Assembly: GCF_963921235.1 (NCBI RefSeq)
Contig: NC_086107.1
Span: 105,526,001-105,590,000, forward strand
Source of the DNA: Mobula hypostoma
Taxonomy: Eukaryota
Length of the DNA stretch: 64,000 bases
Reading direction: 5' to 3'
This document shows, piece after piece, positions 42,501-57,500 of this stretch (the stretch's first letter is position 1; every line of letters starts with the position of its first letter). The notes beneath the pieces are model-generated. The model was not told the DNA's origin, ran no database searches, and was given only the letters and a program-made list of their open reading frames with translations. A program made the translations under genes and the position numbers.

Positions 42501-45500
42501 GAGAGCCCAGCACTGACTCTGGTCTCACAGCCAATGCCAGTGGATCCCAACAGATTCCCAGAGTCATTAGTGCAATCGTCAATGGATTATTCACCAGTGA
42601 ATGTTACAGCAAGAGATTGAAATCATAAATATCGATACCTCGAGCTTCAGAGTGACTATTTCTTTCTGTAGAATCTGGGAAAGAAGGAAAAGAATTTCAG
42701 TTCACCAATCCCAGGGCGTTCTCTATGGTCATCATCAGTTCAGTTCTCAAATTCTCCCCCCATTTTAATGACACTTCACTGTAAGCTGGTGATGTATAGT
42801 TGACAGATCACAGAACATAGAAAAGTACAGCACAGTCCAGGCCCTTCAGCCCACAATGTTGTGCTAACCCTTCAACCTACCCCAAGATCAATCTTATCCT
42901 TTCCTCTCACATAGTCCTTCATTTGTCTTTCAACTATGTGCCTCAGAGTCTCTTAAATATCCCTAATATATCTCCAACTACCATCAATCCTGGCAGAGCA
43001 TTCCACGCAATTTCCACTCTCTGTGTATAAAAAACAACCTCTGACAATCCCCTGTACTTCCCCACAAACATGGGAGATCTGTTCCGTCCTGTATCCATTT
43101 TCAGCTTGGGAAATTATCTCCGGCTGTCCACTCTATCTATGCCTTCGGTGTACACCTCTATCACACCACCTTTAATCTCCTTCTTGTAGTTGGACCTCAC
43201 TTGAAGTATTGTGTTCAGTTCTGGTCACTTTATTATTGGAAGGATGAGGAAGCTTTAGAGAGGGTCCAGAGAAGATTTACCAGAATACTGGCTGGATTAG
43301 ACAGCATGTCTTATGAAGATATATTTTTCAAGCGAAGGCTTTTATTTAAGGAGCGAAGAGACATCTGGGTAGGATCCCTGTAAATCAACTCTGCACTCTC
43401 TCTAAAGCTTCTACATCCTTCCTATAAAGAAGTGAACAGAAATCAACACAATACTCTAAGTGTGGTCTAACCTGAGTTTTATAAGCTGCAACATTACCTT
43501 GTGGCTCCTGAATTGATCCCCCGACTAATTCTGCCTTCAAGTTTGACCTTCCAAAGTGAATAATTCACACTTTTCTGAGTTGAACTCCGTCTGCCATTTC
43601 TCAGCCTCTCCCGGAATAAATGCTTCTGCAACGTATCCAGTCTGTTCCCCATTCTATCTGATTCCTTGTGGATTCTGATGTCAAGTAACTAACCAGTGAA
43701 CTACTCCTCTCAGACCCAGGTTAGCTCAGTCAACAATCTCTGTATAGAAAGAAATCCACGAACCATCATCTTCTCGGTATCCAATCACTTTGATTTTCCT
43801 TTCTCCACTTTCTTTGGAATCTGAAAGTAAGAAGTGTTTGATTATAAAATGGAAGGTGAGTGTGGAAAGTCTCTCAGCTTCAAAGTGTATCCCTGTAACG
43901 TGTAACTATCTGTTTACACTCACACACGGCACTGCCACTGATCTGAGTACCTCCCCATAAGCTGCTCACCCATTGCCCAACGCCCCACCTGAGTTGGGAT
44001 TGGATCCAACTTTTTCCCAGGACACAGCGACCCGAATATCATCTCTCTGTGGCGAGTGAGAGTTTTCCCCTGGAGGTGAGACAGGTGTCTATGGGTCCCG
44101 GTTGGTGTCCACCCAAACTTGTCAGCTTCAACTCAGTTGAGTCTCCCAGACCAAGGAACCTTTGTCGGGGATGATGTTGTCCCTCTCTCACACACTCCAC
44201 CCTCCTGTCTGCTCAGATTCAGGAACAGGGCTCACAGTGTTGGGGTTTCCAGCCAAGGCCAATGGTTACCCACAGATTCCCAGGGTCATTAGTACAATCG
44301 TCAATGGATTGTTCACCAGAGAATGTGACAGCAAGAGATTGAAATCATAAATGTTGATACCTCGAGCTTCAGAGTGACTATTTCTTTCTGTAGAATCCGG
44401 AAAAGAAGGGAAAGAATTTCAGTTCACCAATGACAGGGCATTCTCTATGTCCAATGTCAGTTCAGTTCTCAAACTCTCACTCTCATTTTAATGACTTTTC
44501 ACTTTAAGCTGGTGATGAATTGTTCACAGATCATTGAACATATAACAGTCCAGTACAGTCCAGGAGCTTCAGCCCATAATGTTGTGCTAACCCTTTAACC
44601 TTCTCCAAAGTCAATCTTACCCTTTCTTCTCACATAGTCCTTCATTTCTTTCATCCATGTGCCTTAGAGTCTCTTAAATGTCTCTCTAACATTACCCCTA
44701 GCAGCGCATTCCACACTATTACCACTCTCTGTGTATGAAAACGAATCTCAGACATAATACACTCAATTTCGTTTCTAAAAGGGTTTATCTAACAAACTTA
44801 ATATTAAACACACAGCACATATTTTCCTTGCATGAATATAGCGATAAGTCAATTATCGGGGAAGACAGGGGAGCTTGAAGTAAGTGTTGAACGAACTTCC
44901 AGTAGAACTGATAGAGGCAGGTTCGTTATTATCATTTAAAGAAAAATTGGATAAGTATATGGACAGGAAAGGAATGGATGGTTATGGGCTGATTGCAGGT
45001 CAGTGGGACTAGATGAGAGTAGCGTTCGGCACGGACTAGAAGGGCCGAGATGGCCTGTTTCCGTGCTGTAATTGTTATCTGGTTATATGGTTATCCCCTT
45101 GTAGTTCCCCTCAAACACGTGAGTTTTGCTCCCTGAATTTTCCATTTCCACCTTGGGAAAATATCCTTGGCTGTCTACTCTATCTACACCTTTACTGTAC
45201 ACTTTGATCATAGCACCTCTTATCCTCATTCTTGTGGTTAGACAGCATTTGGAATATTGTGTTCAGTTCTGGGCACTTCATTGTTGGAAGGATGAGGAAG
45301 CTTTAGAGAGGGTGCAGAGAAGATTTACCAGGACGCTGGCTGGATTAGAGAGCATGTCTTATGAAGATATATTGATCAAGCGAATGCTTTTATCTAAGGA
45401 GCAAAGACATTTGGTACCATCCTTGTAAATCTTCTCTGCACTCCCTCTAAAGCTTCTACATCCTTCCTATAAAGAGGAGAACAGAAATCAACACAATACT

Positions 45501-48500
45501 CTAAGTGTGGTCTAACCAGAGGTTTTGTAGAGCTGCAACATTACCTTGTGGTTCTTGAACTCGATCCCCCGACTAATTCTGCCTTCAGGTTTGACTTTCC
45601 AAACTAAATCACTCCACACTTTTCTGAGTTGAACTCCATCTGCCATTTCTCAGCCTCTCCTGGAATAAATGCTTTTGCTTTGTATCCAGTCTGTTCCCCA
45701 TTCTACCTGATTCCTTGTGGATTCTGATGTCAAATAATTAACCAGTGAACTAGTCCTCTCAGACCCAGATTAGCTCAGTCAACAATCTCCGTATAGAAAG
45801 AAATTCACGAACCATCATCTTCTCGGTATCCAATCACATTGATTCTCCTTTCTCCAATTTCTTTGGAATCTGAAAGTAAAAAGTGTTTGATTATAAAATG
45901 GAAGGTGAGTGTGGAACGTCTCCCAGCATCAAAGTGTATCCCTGTAACGTGGAAATATCTGTTCACACTCACACACGCCATTGCCACTGATTTGAGTACC
46001 TCCCCATGATCTGCTCATCCGTTGCCCAACACCTCCGAGGTTGGGATTGGATCCAACTTTTTGCCAGGACACAGCGACCCAAATATGGTCTCTCTGGGGT
46101 GAGTGAGAGTCTTCCCCTGAAGGTGAGACAGGTGTCTATCTGTCCAGGTTGGTGTCCACCCAAACCCGTCAGCTTCAACTCAGCTGAGCCTCCCAGAGCA
46201 AGGAACCTTTGTCGGGGATGCTGTTGTCTCTCTCTCACACACTCCACCCTCCTGTCTGCTCAGATTCAGGAACAGGGCTCACAGTGTTGGGGTTTCCAGC
46301 CAAGGCCAATGGTTACCCACGGATTACCAGGGTCATTACTACAATTGTCAATGGATTGTTTACCAGAGAATGTTACAGCAAGAGATTGAAATCATAAATG
46401 TCGATACCTCGAGCTTCAGAGTGACTATTTCTTTCTGTAGAATCTGGAAAAGAAGGGAAAGAATTTCAGTTCACCAATGACGGGAAATTCTCTATGGCCA
46501 TTATCAGTTCAGTTCTCAAACATTCGCTCTCATTTTAATGACACTTCACTGTAAGTCGGTGACGTATAGTTGACAGATCACAGAACACAGAAAAGTACAG
46601 CACGGTTCAGGCCCTTCAGTCCACAATGTTGTGCTAACCCTTTCACCTACTCTAAGATCAATCTTACCCTTTCCTCTCGCAAAGTCCTTCATTTGTCTTT
46701 CAACTATGTGCCTCAGAGTCTCTTAAATATCGCTAATATATCGCCAACTACCATCAATCCTGGCAGAGCATTCCACGCAATTTCCACTCTCTGTGTATAA
46801 AAACCAACCTCTGACAATCCCCTGTACTTCCCCACAAACATGGGAGATCTGTTCCGTCCTGTACCCATTTTCAGCTTGGGAAATTATCTCCGGCTGTCCA
46901 CTCTATCTCTGGCTTCGGTGTACACCTCTATCACACCACCTTTAATCTCCTTCTTGCAGTTAGACCACACTTGGAGTATTGTGTTCAGTTCTGGTCACTT
47001 TATTACTGGAAGATTGAGGAAGCTTTAGAGAGGGTGCAGAGAAGATTTACCCAGATGCTGGCTGGATTAGAGAGCATGTCTTATGAAGATATATTGATCA
47101 AGCAAATGCTTTTATCTAAGGAGCAAAGACATCTGGGTAGCATCCTTGTAAGTTTTCTCTGCACTCTCTCTAAAGCTTCTACATCCTTCCTATAAAGAAG
47201 TGAACAGAAATCAACACAATACTCTAAGTGTGGTCTAACCTGTGTTTTATAAGCTGCAACATTACCTTGTGGTTCTTGAACTCGATCCCCCGACTAATTC
47301 TGCCTTCAGGTTTGACTTTCCAAAGTGAATAATTCACACTTTTCTGAGTTGAACTCCATCTGCCATTTCTCAGCCTCTCCTGGAATAAATGCTTCTGCAA
47401 TGCATCCAGTCTGTTCCCCATTCTGTCTGATTCCTTGTGGATTCTGATGTCAAGTAACTAACCAGTGAACTACTCCTCTCAGACCCAGATTAGCTCAGTG
47501 AACAATCTCTGTACAGAAAGAAATCCACGAACCATGATCTTCTTGGGATCCAATCACTTTGATTCTCCTTTCTCCACTTTCTTTGGAATCTGAAAGTAAA
47601 AAGTGTTTGATTATAAAATGGAAGGTGAGTGTGGAAAGTATCCCTGCTTCAAAGTGTATCCCTGTAATGTGTAACTATCTGTTCACACTCACACACGGCA
47701 CTGCCACTGATCTGAGTACCTCCCCATGAGCTGCTCACCCATTGCCCAACCACCTCCCTGAGGGTGGGATTGGATCCAACTTTTTCCCAGGACACAGCGA
47801 CCCGAATATGGTCTCTCTGTGGCGAGTGAGAGTTTTCCCTTGGAGGTGAGACAAGTGTCTATGGGTCCGGGTTGGTGTCCACCCAAACTTGTCAGCTTCA
47901 ACTCATCTGAGACTCCCAGACCAAGGAACCTTTGTCGGCGATGATGTTGTCCCTCTCTCACACACTGCACCCTCCTGTCTCCTCAGACTCAGGAACAGGG
48001 CTCACAGTGTTGGGGTTTCCAGCCAAGGCCAATGGTTACCCACGGATTCCCAGGGTCATTAGTACAATCGTCAATGGATTGTTCACCAGAGAATGTTACA
48101 GCAAGAGATTGAAATCATAAATATTGATACCTCGAGCTTCAGAGTGACTATTTCTTTCTGTAGAATCTGGAAAAGAAGGGAAAGGATTTCAGTTCACCAA
48201 TGACAGGGCATTCTCTATGTCCAATGTCAGTTCAGTTCTCAAACTCTCACTCTCATTTTTATGACTTTTCACTTTAAGCTGGTGATGAATTGTTCACAGA
48301 TCATTGAACATATAACAGTCCAGTACAGTCCAGGAGCTTCGCCCATAATGTTGTGCTAACCCTTTAACCTTCTCCAATGTCAATCTTACCCTTTCTTCTC
48401 ACATAGTCCTTCATTTCTTTCATCCATATGCCTTAGAGTCTCTTAAATGTCTCTCTAACATTACCCCTAGCAGCGTATTCCACACAATTACCAATCTCTG

Positions 48501-51500
48501 TGTATAAAAACGAATCTCAGACATAATACACTCAAAAAAGTTGCTGGTGAACGCAACAGGCCAGGCAGCATCTCTAGGAAGAGGTGCAGTCGACGTTTCA
48601 GGCCGAGACCCTTCGTCAGGACCCCTAGCAAAGAATTCCACACAATTACCACTCTCTGTGTATAAAAACTAATCTCAGACATCCCCCTGTACTTCCCCTC
48701 AAACACGCAAGGTTTGCTCCCTCAATTTTCCATCTCCAGCTTGGGAAAATATCCCTGGCTGTCCACTCTCTCTACACCTTTACTGTACACTTTGAGCATA
48801 CCACCTCTTATCCTCATTCTTGTGGTTAGACTGCACTTGGAATATTGTGTTCAGTTCTGGTCACTTCATTGTTGGAAGGATGAGGAAGCTTTAGAGAGGG
48901 TGCAGAGAAGATTTACCAGGACGCTGGCTGGATTAGAGAGCATGTCTTATGAAGATATATTGATCAAGCGAATGCTTTTATCTAAGGAGCAAAGACATTT
49001 GGTACCATCCTTGTAAATCTTCTCTGCACTCCCTCTAAAGCTTCTACATCCTTCCTATAAAGAAGTGAACAGAAATCAACACAATACTCTAAGTGTGGTC
49101 TAACCTGTGTTTTATAAGCTGCAACATTACCTTGTGGTTCTTGAACTTGATCCTGCGACTAATTCTGCCTTCAGGTTTGACTTTCCAAAGTGAATAATTC
49201 ACACTTTTCTGAGTTGAACTCCGTCTGCCATTTCTCAGCCTCCCCTGGAATAAATGCTTCTGCAATGTATCCAGTCTGTTCCCCATTCTACCTGATTCCT
49301 TGTGGATTCTGATGTCAAATAATTAACCAGTGAACTAATTCTCTCAGAACCAGATTAGCTCAGTCAACAATCTCCGTATAGAAACAAATCCACGAACCAT
49401 GATCTTCTTGGGATCCAATCACTTTGATTATCCTTTCTCCACTTTCTTTGGAATCTGAAAGTAAAAAGTGTTTGATTATAAAATGGAAGGTGAGTGTGGA
49501 ACGTCTCCCGGCTTCAAAGTGTATCCCTGTAATGTGGAACTATCTGTTTACACTCACACACGTCATTGCCACAGATCTGAGTACCTCCCCATGAGCTGCT
49601 AACCCATTGCCCAACACCCCACCTGAGGTTGGGATTGGATCCAACATTTTCCAAAGACACAGCTACCCGAAGATGGTCTCTCTGCGGTGAGTGAGAGTTT
49701 TCCCCTGGAGGTGAGACAGGTGTCTATGGATCCAGGTTGGTGTCCACCCAAACTTGTCAGCTTCAGCTCATCTGAGCCTCCCATACCAAGGAACCTTTGT
49801 CGGGGATGATGCTGTCCCTCTCTCACACACTCCACCCTCCTGTCTGCTCAGATTCGGGAACAGGGCTCACAGTTTTGGGGTTTCCAGCCAAGGCCAATGG
49901 TTACCCATGGATTACCAGGGTCATTAGTACAATTGTCAATGGATTGTTCACCAGAGAATGTTACAGCATGAGATTGAAATCATAAATGTCGATACCTCGA
50001 GCTTCAGAGTGACTATTTCTTTCTGTAGAATCTGGAAAAGAAGGGAAAGAATTTCAGTTCACCAATGACGGGACATTGTCTATGGTCATTATCAGTTCAG
50101 TTCTCAAACATTCGCTCTCATTTTAATGACACTTCACTGTAAGCTGGTGATGTATAGTTGACAGATCACAGAACATAGAAAAGTACAGCACGGCTCAGGC
50201 CCTTCAGTCCACAATGTTGTGCTAACCCTTTCACCTACTCTAAGATCAATCTTACCCTTTCCTCTCACATAGTCCTTCATTTGTCTTTCAACTATGTGCC
50301 TCAGAGTCTCTTAAATATCGCTAATATATCGCCAACTAGCATCAATCCTGGCAGAGCATTCCATGCAATTTCCACTCTCTGTGTATAAAAACCAACCTCT
50401 GACAATCCCCTGTACTTCCCCACAAACATGGGAGATCTGTTCCGTCCTGTACCCATTTTCAGCTTGGGAAATTATCTCCGGCTGTCCACTCTCTCTACAA
50501 CTTTACTGTACACTTTGATCATACCACCTCTTATCCTCATTCTTGTGGTTAGACCGCACTTGGAATATTGTGTTCAGTTCTGGTCACTTCTTTGTTGGAA
50601 GGATGAGGAAGCTTTAGAGAGGGTGCAGAGAAGATTTACCAGGACGCTGGCTGGATTAGAGAGCATGTCTTATGAAGATATATTGATCAAGCGAATGCTT
50701 TTATCTAAGGAGCAAAGACATTTGGTACCATCCTTGTAAATCTTCTCTGCACTCCCTCTAAAGCTTCTACATCCTTCCTATAAAGAAGTGAACAGAAATC
50801 AACACAATACTCTAAGTGTGGTCTAACCTGTGTTTTATAAGCTGCAACATTACCTTGTGGTTCTTGAACTCGATCCCCCGACTAATTCTGCCTTCAGGTT
50901 TGACTTTCCAAAGTGAATAATTCACACTTTTCTGAGTTGAACTCCATCTGCCATTTCTCAGCCTCTCCTGGAATAAATGCTTCTGCAATGCATCCAGTCT
51001 GTTCCCCATTCTGTCTGATTCCTTGTGGATTCTGATGTCAAGTAACTAACCAGTGAACTACTCCTCTCAGACCCAGATTAGCTCAGTGAACAATCTCTGT
51101 ACAGAAAGAAATCCACGAACCATGATCTTCTTGGGATCCAATCACTTTGATTCTCCTTTCTCCACTTTCTTTGGAATCTGAAAGTAAAAAGTGTTTGATT
51201 ATAAAATGGAAGGTGAGTGTGGAAAGTATCCCGGCTTCAAAGTGTATCCCTGTAATGTGTAACTATCTGTTCACACTCACACACGGCACTGCCACTGATC
51301 TGAGTACCTCCCCATGAGCTGCTCACCCATTGCCCAACCACCTCCCTGAGGGTGGGATTGGATCCAACTTTTTCCCAGGACACAGCGACCCGAATATGGT
51401 CTCTCTGTGGCGAGTGAGAGTTTTCCCTTGGAGGTGAGACAAGTGTCTATGGGTCCGGGTTGGTGTCCACCCAAACTTGTCAGCTTCAACTCATCTGAGA

Positions 51501-54500
51501 CTCCCAGACCAAGGAACCTTTGTCGGCGATGATGTTGTCCCTCTCTTACACACTGCACCCTCCTGTCTGCTCAGATTCGGGAACAGGGCTCACAGTGTTG
51601 GGGTTTCCAGCCAAGGCCAATGGTTACCCACGGATTCCCAGGGTCATTAGTACAATCGTCAATGGATTGTTCACCAGAGAATGTTACAGCAAGAGATTGA
51701 AATCATAAATATTGATACCTCGAGCTTCAGAGTGACTATTTCTTTCTGTAGAATCTGGAAAAGAAGGGAAAGGATTTCAGTTCACCAATGACAGGGCATT
51801 CTCTATGTCCAATGTCAGTTCAGTTCTCAAACTCTCACTCTCATTTTTATGACTTTTCACTTTAAGCTGGTGATGAATTGTTCACAGATCATTGAACATA
51901 TAACAGTCCAGTACAGTCCAGGAGCTTCGCCCATAATGTTGTGCTAACCCTTTAACCTTCTCCAATGTCAATCTTACCCTTTCTTCTCACATAGTCCTTC
52001 ATTTCTTTCATCCATATGCCTTAGAGTCTCTTAAATGTCTCTCTAACATTACCCCTAGCAGCGTATTCCACACAATTACCAATCTCTGTGTATAAAAACG
52101 AATCTCAGACATAATACACTCAAAAAAGTTGCTGGTGAACGCAGCAGGCCAGGCAGCATCTCTAGGAAGAGGTGCAGTCGACGTTTCAGGCCGAGACCCT
52201 TCGTCAGGACCCCTAGCAAAGAATTCCACACAATTACCACTCTCTGTGTATAAAAACTAATCTCAGACATCCCCCTGTACTTCCCCTCAAACACGCAAGG
52301 TTTGCTCCCTCAATTTTCCATCTCCAGCTTGGGAAAATATCCCTGGCTGTCCACTCTCTCTACACCTTTACTGTACACTTTGATCATACCACCTCTTATC
52401 CTCATTCTTGTGGTTAGACTGCACTTGGAATATTGTGTTCAGTTCTGGTCACTTCATTGTTGGAAGGATGAGGAAGCTTTAGAGAGGGTGCAGAGAAGAT
52501 TTACCAGGACGCTGGCTGGATTAGAGAGCATGTCTTATGAAGATATATTGATCAAGCGAATGCTTTTATCTAAGGAGCAAAGACATTTGGTACCATCCTT
52601 GTAAATCTTCTCTGCACTCCCTCTAAAGCTTCTACATCCTTCCTATAAAGAAGTGAACAGAAATCAACACAATACTCTAAGTGTGGTCTAACCTGTGTTT
52701 TATAAGCTGCAACATTACCTTGTGGTTCTTGAACTTGATCCTGTGACTAATTCTGCCTTCAGGTTTGACTTTCCAAAGTGAATAATTCACACTTTTCTGA
52801 GTTGAACTCCGTCTGCCATTTCTCAGCCTTCCCTGGAATAAATGCTTCTGCAATGTATCGAGTCTGTTCCCCATTCTACCTGATTCCTTGTGGATTCTGA
52901 TGTCAAATAATTAACCAGTGAACTAATTCTCTCAGAACCAGATTAGCTCAGTCAACAATCTCCGTATAGAAAGAAATCCACGAACCATGATCTTCTTGGG
53001 ATCCAATCACTTTGATTCTCCTTTCTCCACTTTCTTTGGAATCTGAAAGTAAAAAGTGTTTGATTATAAAATGGAAGGTGAGTGTGGAAAGTCTCCTAGC
53101 ATCAAAGTGTATCCCTGTAATGTGGAACTATCTGTTTACACTCACACACGTCATTGCCACAGATCTGAGTACCTCCCCATGAGCTGCTAACCCATTGCCC
53201 AACACCCCACCTGAGGTTGGGATTGGATCCAACATTTTCCCAAGACACAGCGACCCGAAGATGGTCTCTCTGTGGTGAGTGAGAGTTTTCCCCTGGAGGT
53301 GAGACAGGTGTCTATGGATACAGGTTGGTGTCCACCCAAACTTGTCAGCTTCAGCTCATCTGAGCCTCCCATACCAAGGAACCTTTGTCGGGGATGATGT
53401 TGTCCCTCTCTCACACACTCCACCCTCCTGTCTGCTCAGATTCGGGAACAGGGCTCACAGTTTTGGGGTTTCCAGCCAAGGCCAATGGTTACCCACGGAT
53501 TCCCAGGGTCATTAGTACAATCGTCAATGGATTGTTCACCAGAGAATGTTACAGCAAGAGATTGAAATCATAAATGTCAATACCTCGAGCTTCAGAGTGA
53601 CTATTTCTTTCTGTAGAATCTGGAAAAGAAGGGAAAGAATTTCAGTTCACCAATGACGGGACATTCTCTACGGCCATTATCAGTTCAGTTCTCAAACATT
53701 CGCTCTCATTTTAATGACACTTCACTGTAAGCTGGTGATGTATAGTTGACAGATCACAGAACATAGAAAAGTACAGCACGGCTCAGGCCCTTCAGTCCAC
53801 AATGTTGTGCTAACCCTTTCACCTACTCTAAGATCAATCTTACCCTTTCCTCTCACATCGTCCTTCATTTGTCTTTCAACTACGTGCCTCATAGTCTCTT
53901 AAATATCGCTAATATATCGCCAACTAGCATCAATCCTGGCAGAGCATTCCACGCAATTTCCACTCTCTGTGTATAAAAACCAACCTCTGACAATCCCCTG
54001 TACTTCCCCACAAACATGGGAGATCTGTCCGTCCTGTACCTATTTTCAGCTTGGGAAATTATCTCCGGCTGTCCACTCTATCTCTGGCTTCGGTGTACAC
54101 CTCTATCCACCACCTTTAATCTCCTTCTTGCAGTTAGACCACCCTTGGAGTATTGTGTTCAGTTCTGGTCACTTTATTACTGGAAGGATGAGGAAGCTTT
54201 AGAGAGGGTGCAGAGAAGATTTACCAGGATGCTGGCTGGATTAGAGAGCATGTCTTATGAAGATATATTGATCAAGCGAATGCTTTTATCTAAGGAGCAA
54301 AGACATCTGAGTAGCATCCTTGTAAGTCTTCTCTGCACTCTCTCTAAAGCTTCTACATCCTTCCTATAAAGAAGTGAACAGAAATCAACACAATACTCTA
54401 AGTGTGGTGTAACCAGAGTTTTATAGGGCTGCAACATTACCTTGTGGTTCTTGAACTCGATCCCCCGACTAATTCTGCCTTCAGGTTTGACTTTTCAAAG

Positions 54501-57500
54501 TGAATAATTCACACTTTTCTGAGTTGAACTCCATCTGCCATTTCTCAGCCTCTCCTGGAATAAATGCTTCTGCAATGCATCCAGTCTGTTCCCCATTCTG
54601 TCTGATTCCTTGTGGATTCTGATGTCAAGTAACTAACCAGTGAACTACTCCTCTCAGACCCAGATTAGCTCAGTGAACAATCTCTGTACAGAAAGAAATC
54701 CACGAACCATGATCTTCTTGGGATCCAATCACTTTGATTCTCCTTTCTCCACTTTCTTTGGAATCTGAAAGTAAAAAGTGTTTGATTATAAAATGGAAGG
54801 TGAGTGTGGAAAGTATCCCGGCTTCAAAGTGTATCCCTGTAATGTGTAACTATCTGTTCACACTCATACACGGCACTGCCACTGATCTGAGTACCTCCCC
54901 ATGAGCTGCTCACCCATTGCCCAACACCTCCCTGAGGGTGGGATTGGATCCAACTCTTTCCCAGGACACAGCGACCCGAATATGGTCTCTCTGTGGCGAG
55001 TGAGAGTTTTCCCTTGGAGGTGAAACAGGTGTCTATGGGATCGGGTTGGTGTCCACCCAAACTTGTCAGCTTCAACTCATCTGAGCCTCCCATACCAAGG
55101 AACCTTTGTCGGCGATGATGTTGTCCCTCTCTCACACACTGCACCCTCCTGTCTCCTCAGACTCAGGAACAGGGCTCACAGTGTTGGGGTTTCCAGCCAA
55201 GGCCAATGGTTACCCACGGATTCCCAGGGTCATTAGTACAATCGTCAATGGATTGTTCACCAGAGAATGTTACAGCAAGAGATTGAAATCATAAATGTTG
55301 ATACCTCGAGCTTCAGAGTGACTGCTTCTTTCTGTAGAATCTGGAAAAGAAGGGAAAGAATTTCAGTTCACCAATGACGGGACATTCTCTATGGCCATTA
55401 TCAGTTCAGTTCTCAAACCTTCGCTCTCATTTTAATGACACTTCACTGTAAGCTGGTGATGTATAGTTGACAGATCACAGAACATAGAAAAGTACAGCAC
55501 GGCTCAGGCCCTTCAGTCCACAATGTTGTGCTAACCCTTTCACCTACTCTAAGATCAATCTTACCCTTTCCTCTCACATAGTCCTTCATTTGTCTTTCAA
55601 CTATGTGCCTCAGTGTCTCTTAAATATCGTTAATATATCGCCAACTAGCATCAATCCTGGCAGAGCATTCCACGCAATTTCCACTCTCTGTGTATAAAAA
55701 CCAACCTCTGACAATCCCCTGTACTTCCCCACAAACATGGGAGATCTGTTCCGTCCTGTACCCATTTTCAGCTTGGGAAATTATCTCCGGCTGTCCACTC
55801 TCTCTACACCTTTACTGTACACTTTGATCATACCACCTCTTATCCTAATTCTTGTGGTTAGACCGCACTTGGAATATTGTGTTCAGTTCTGGTCACTTCA
55901 TTGTTGGAAGGATGAGGAAGCTTTAGAGAGGGTGCAGAGAAGATTTACCAGGACGCTGGCTGGATTAGAGAGCATGTCTTATGAAGATATATTGATCAAG
56001 CGAATGCTTTTATCTAAGGAGCAAAGACATTTGGTACCATCCTTGTAAATCTTCTCTGCACTCCCTCTAAAGCTTTTACATCCTTCCTATAAAGAAGTGA
56101 ACAGAAATCAACACAATACTCTAAGTGTGGTCTAACCTGTGTTTTATAAGCTGCAACATTACCTTGTGGTTCTTGAACTCGATCCTGCGACTAATTCTGC
56201 CTTCAGGTTTGACTTTCCAAAGTGAATAATTCACACTTTTCTGAGTTGAACTCCGTCTGCCATTTCTCAGCCTCCCCTGGAATAAATGCTTCTGCAATGT
56301 ATCGAGTCTGTTCCCCATTCTACCTGATTCCTTGTGGATTCTGATGTCAAATAATTAACCAGTGAACTAATTCTCTCTGAACCAGATTAGCTCAGTCAAC
56401 AATCTCCGTATAGAAACAAATCCACGAACCATGATCTTCTTGGGATCCAATCACTTTGATTCTCCTTTCTTCACTTTCTTTAGAATCTGAAAGTAAAAAG
56501 TGTTTGATTATAAAATGGAAGGTGAGTGTGGAAAGTATCCCGGCTTCAAAGTGTATCCCTGTAATGTGTAACTATCTTTTCACACTCACACACGGCACTG
56601 CCACTGATCTGAGTACCTCCCCATGAGCTGCTCACCCATTGCCCAACACCTCCCTGAGGGTGGGATTGGATCCAACTTTTTCCCAGGACACAGCGACCCA
56701 AATATGGTCTCTCTGTGGCGAGTGAGAGTTTTCCCTTGGAGGTGAAACAGGTGTCTATGGGTCCGGGTTGGTGTCCACCCAAACTTGTCAGCTTCAACTC
56801 ATCTGAGCCTCCCATACCAAGAAACCTTTGTCGGCGATGACGTTGTCCCTCTCTTACACACTCCACCCTCCTGTCTCCTCAGATTCAGGAACAGGGCTCA
56901 CAGTGTTGGGGTTTCCAGCCAAGGCCAATGGTTACCTACGGATTCCCAGGGTCATTAGTACAATCGTCAATGGATTGTTCACCAGAGAATGTTACAGCAA
57001 GAGATTGAAATCATAAATATTGATACCTCGAGCTTCAGAGTGACTGCTTCTTTCTGTAGAATCTGGAAAAGAAGGGAAAGAATTTCAGTTCACCAATGAC
57101 AGGGCATTGTCTATGGCCATCGTCAGTCCAGTTCTCAAACTCTCGCTCTCATTTTTATGACTTTTCACTTTAAGCTGGTGATGAATTGTTCACAGATCAT
57201 TGAACATAGAACAGTCCAGTACAGTCCAGGAGCTTCGCCCATAATGTTGTGCTAACCCTTTAATCTTCTCCAATGTCAATCTTACCCTTTCTTCTCACAT
57301 AGTCCTTCATTTCTTTCATCCATGTGCCTTAGAGTCTCTTAAATGTCACTCTAACATTACCCCTAGCAGCGCATTCCACACAATTACCAATCTCCGTGTA
57401 TAAAAACGAATCTCATACATAATACACTCAAAAAAGTTGCTGGTGAACGCAGCAGGCCAGGCAGCATCTCTAGGAAGAGGTGCAGTCGACGTTTCAGGCC

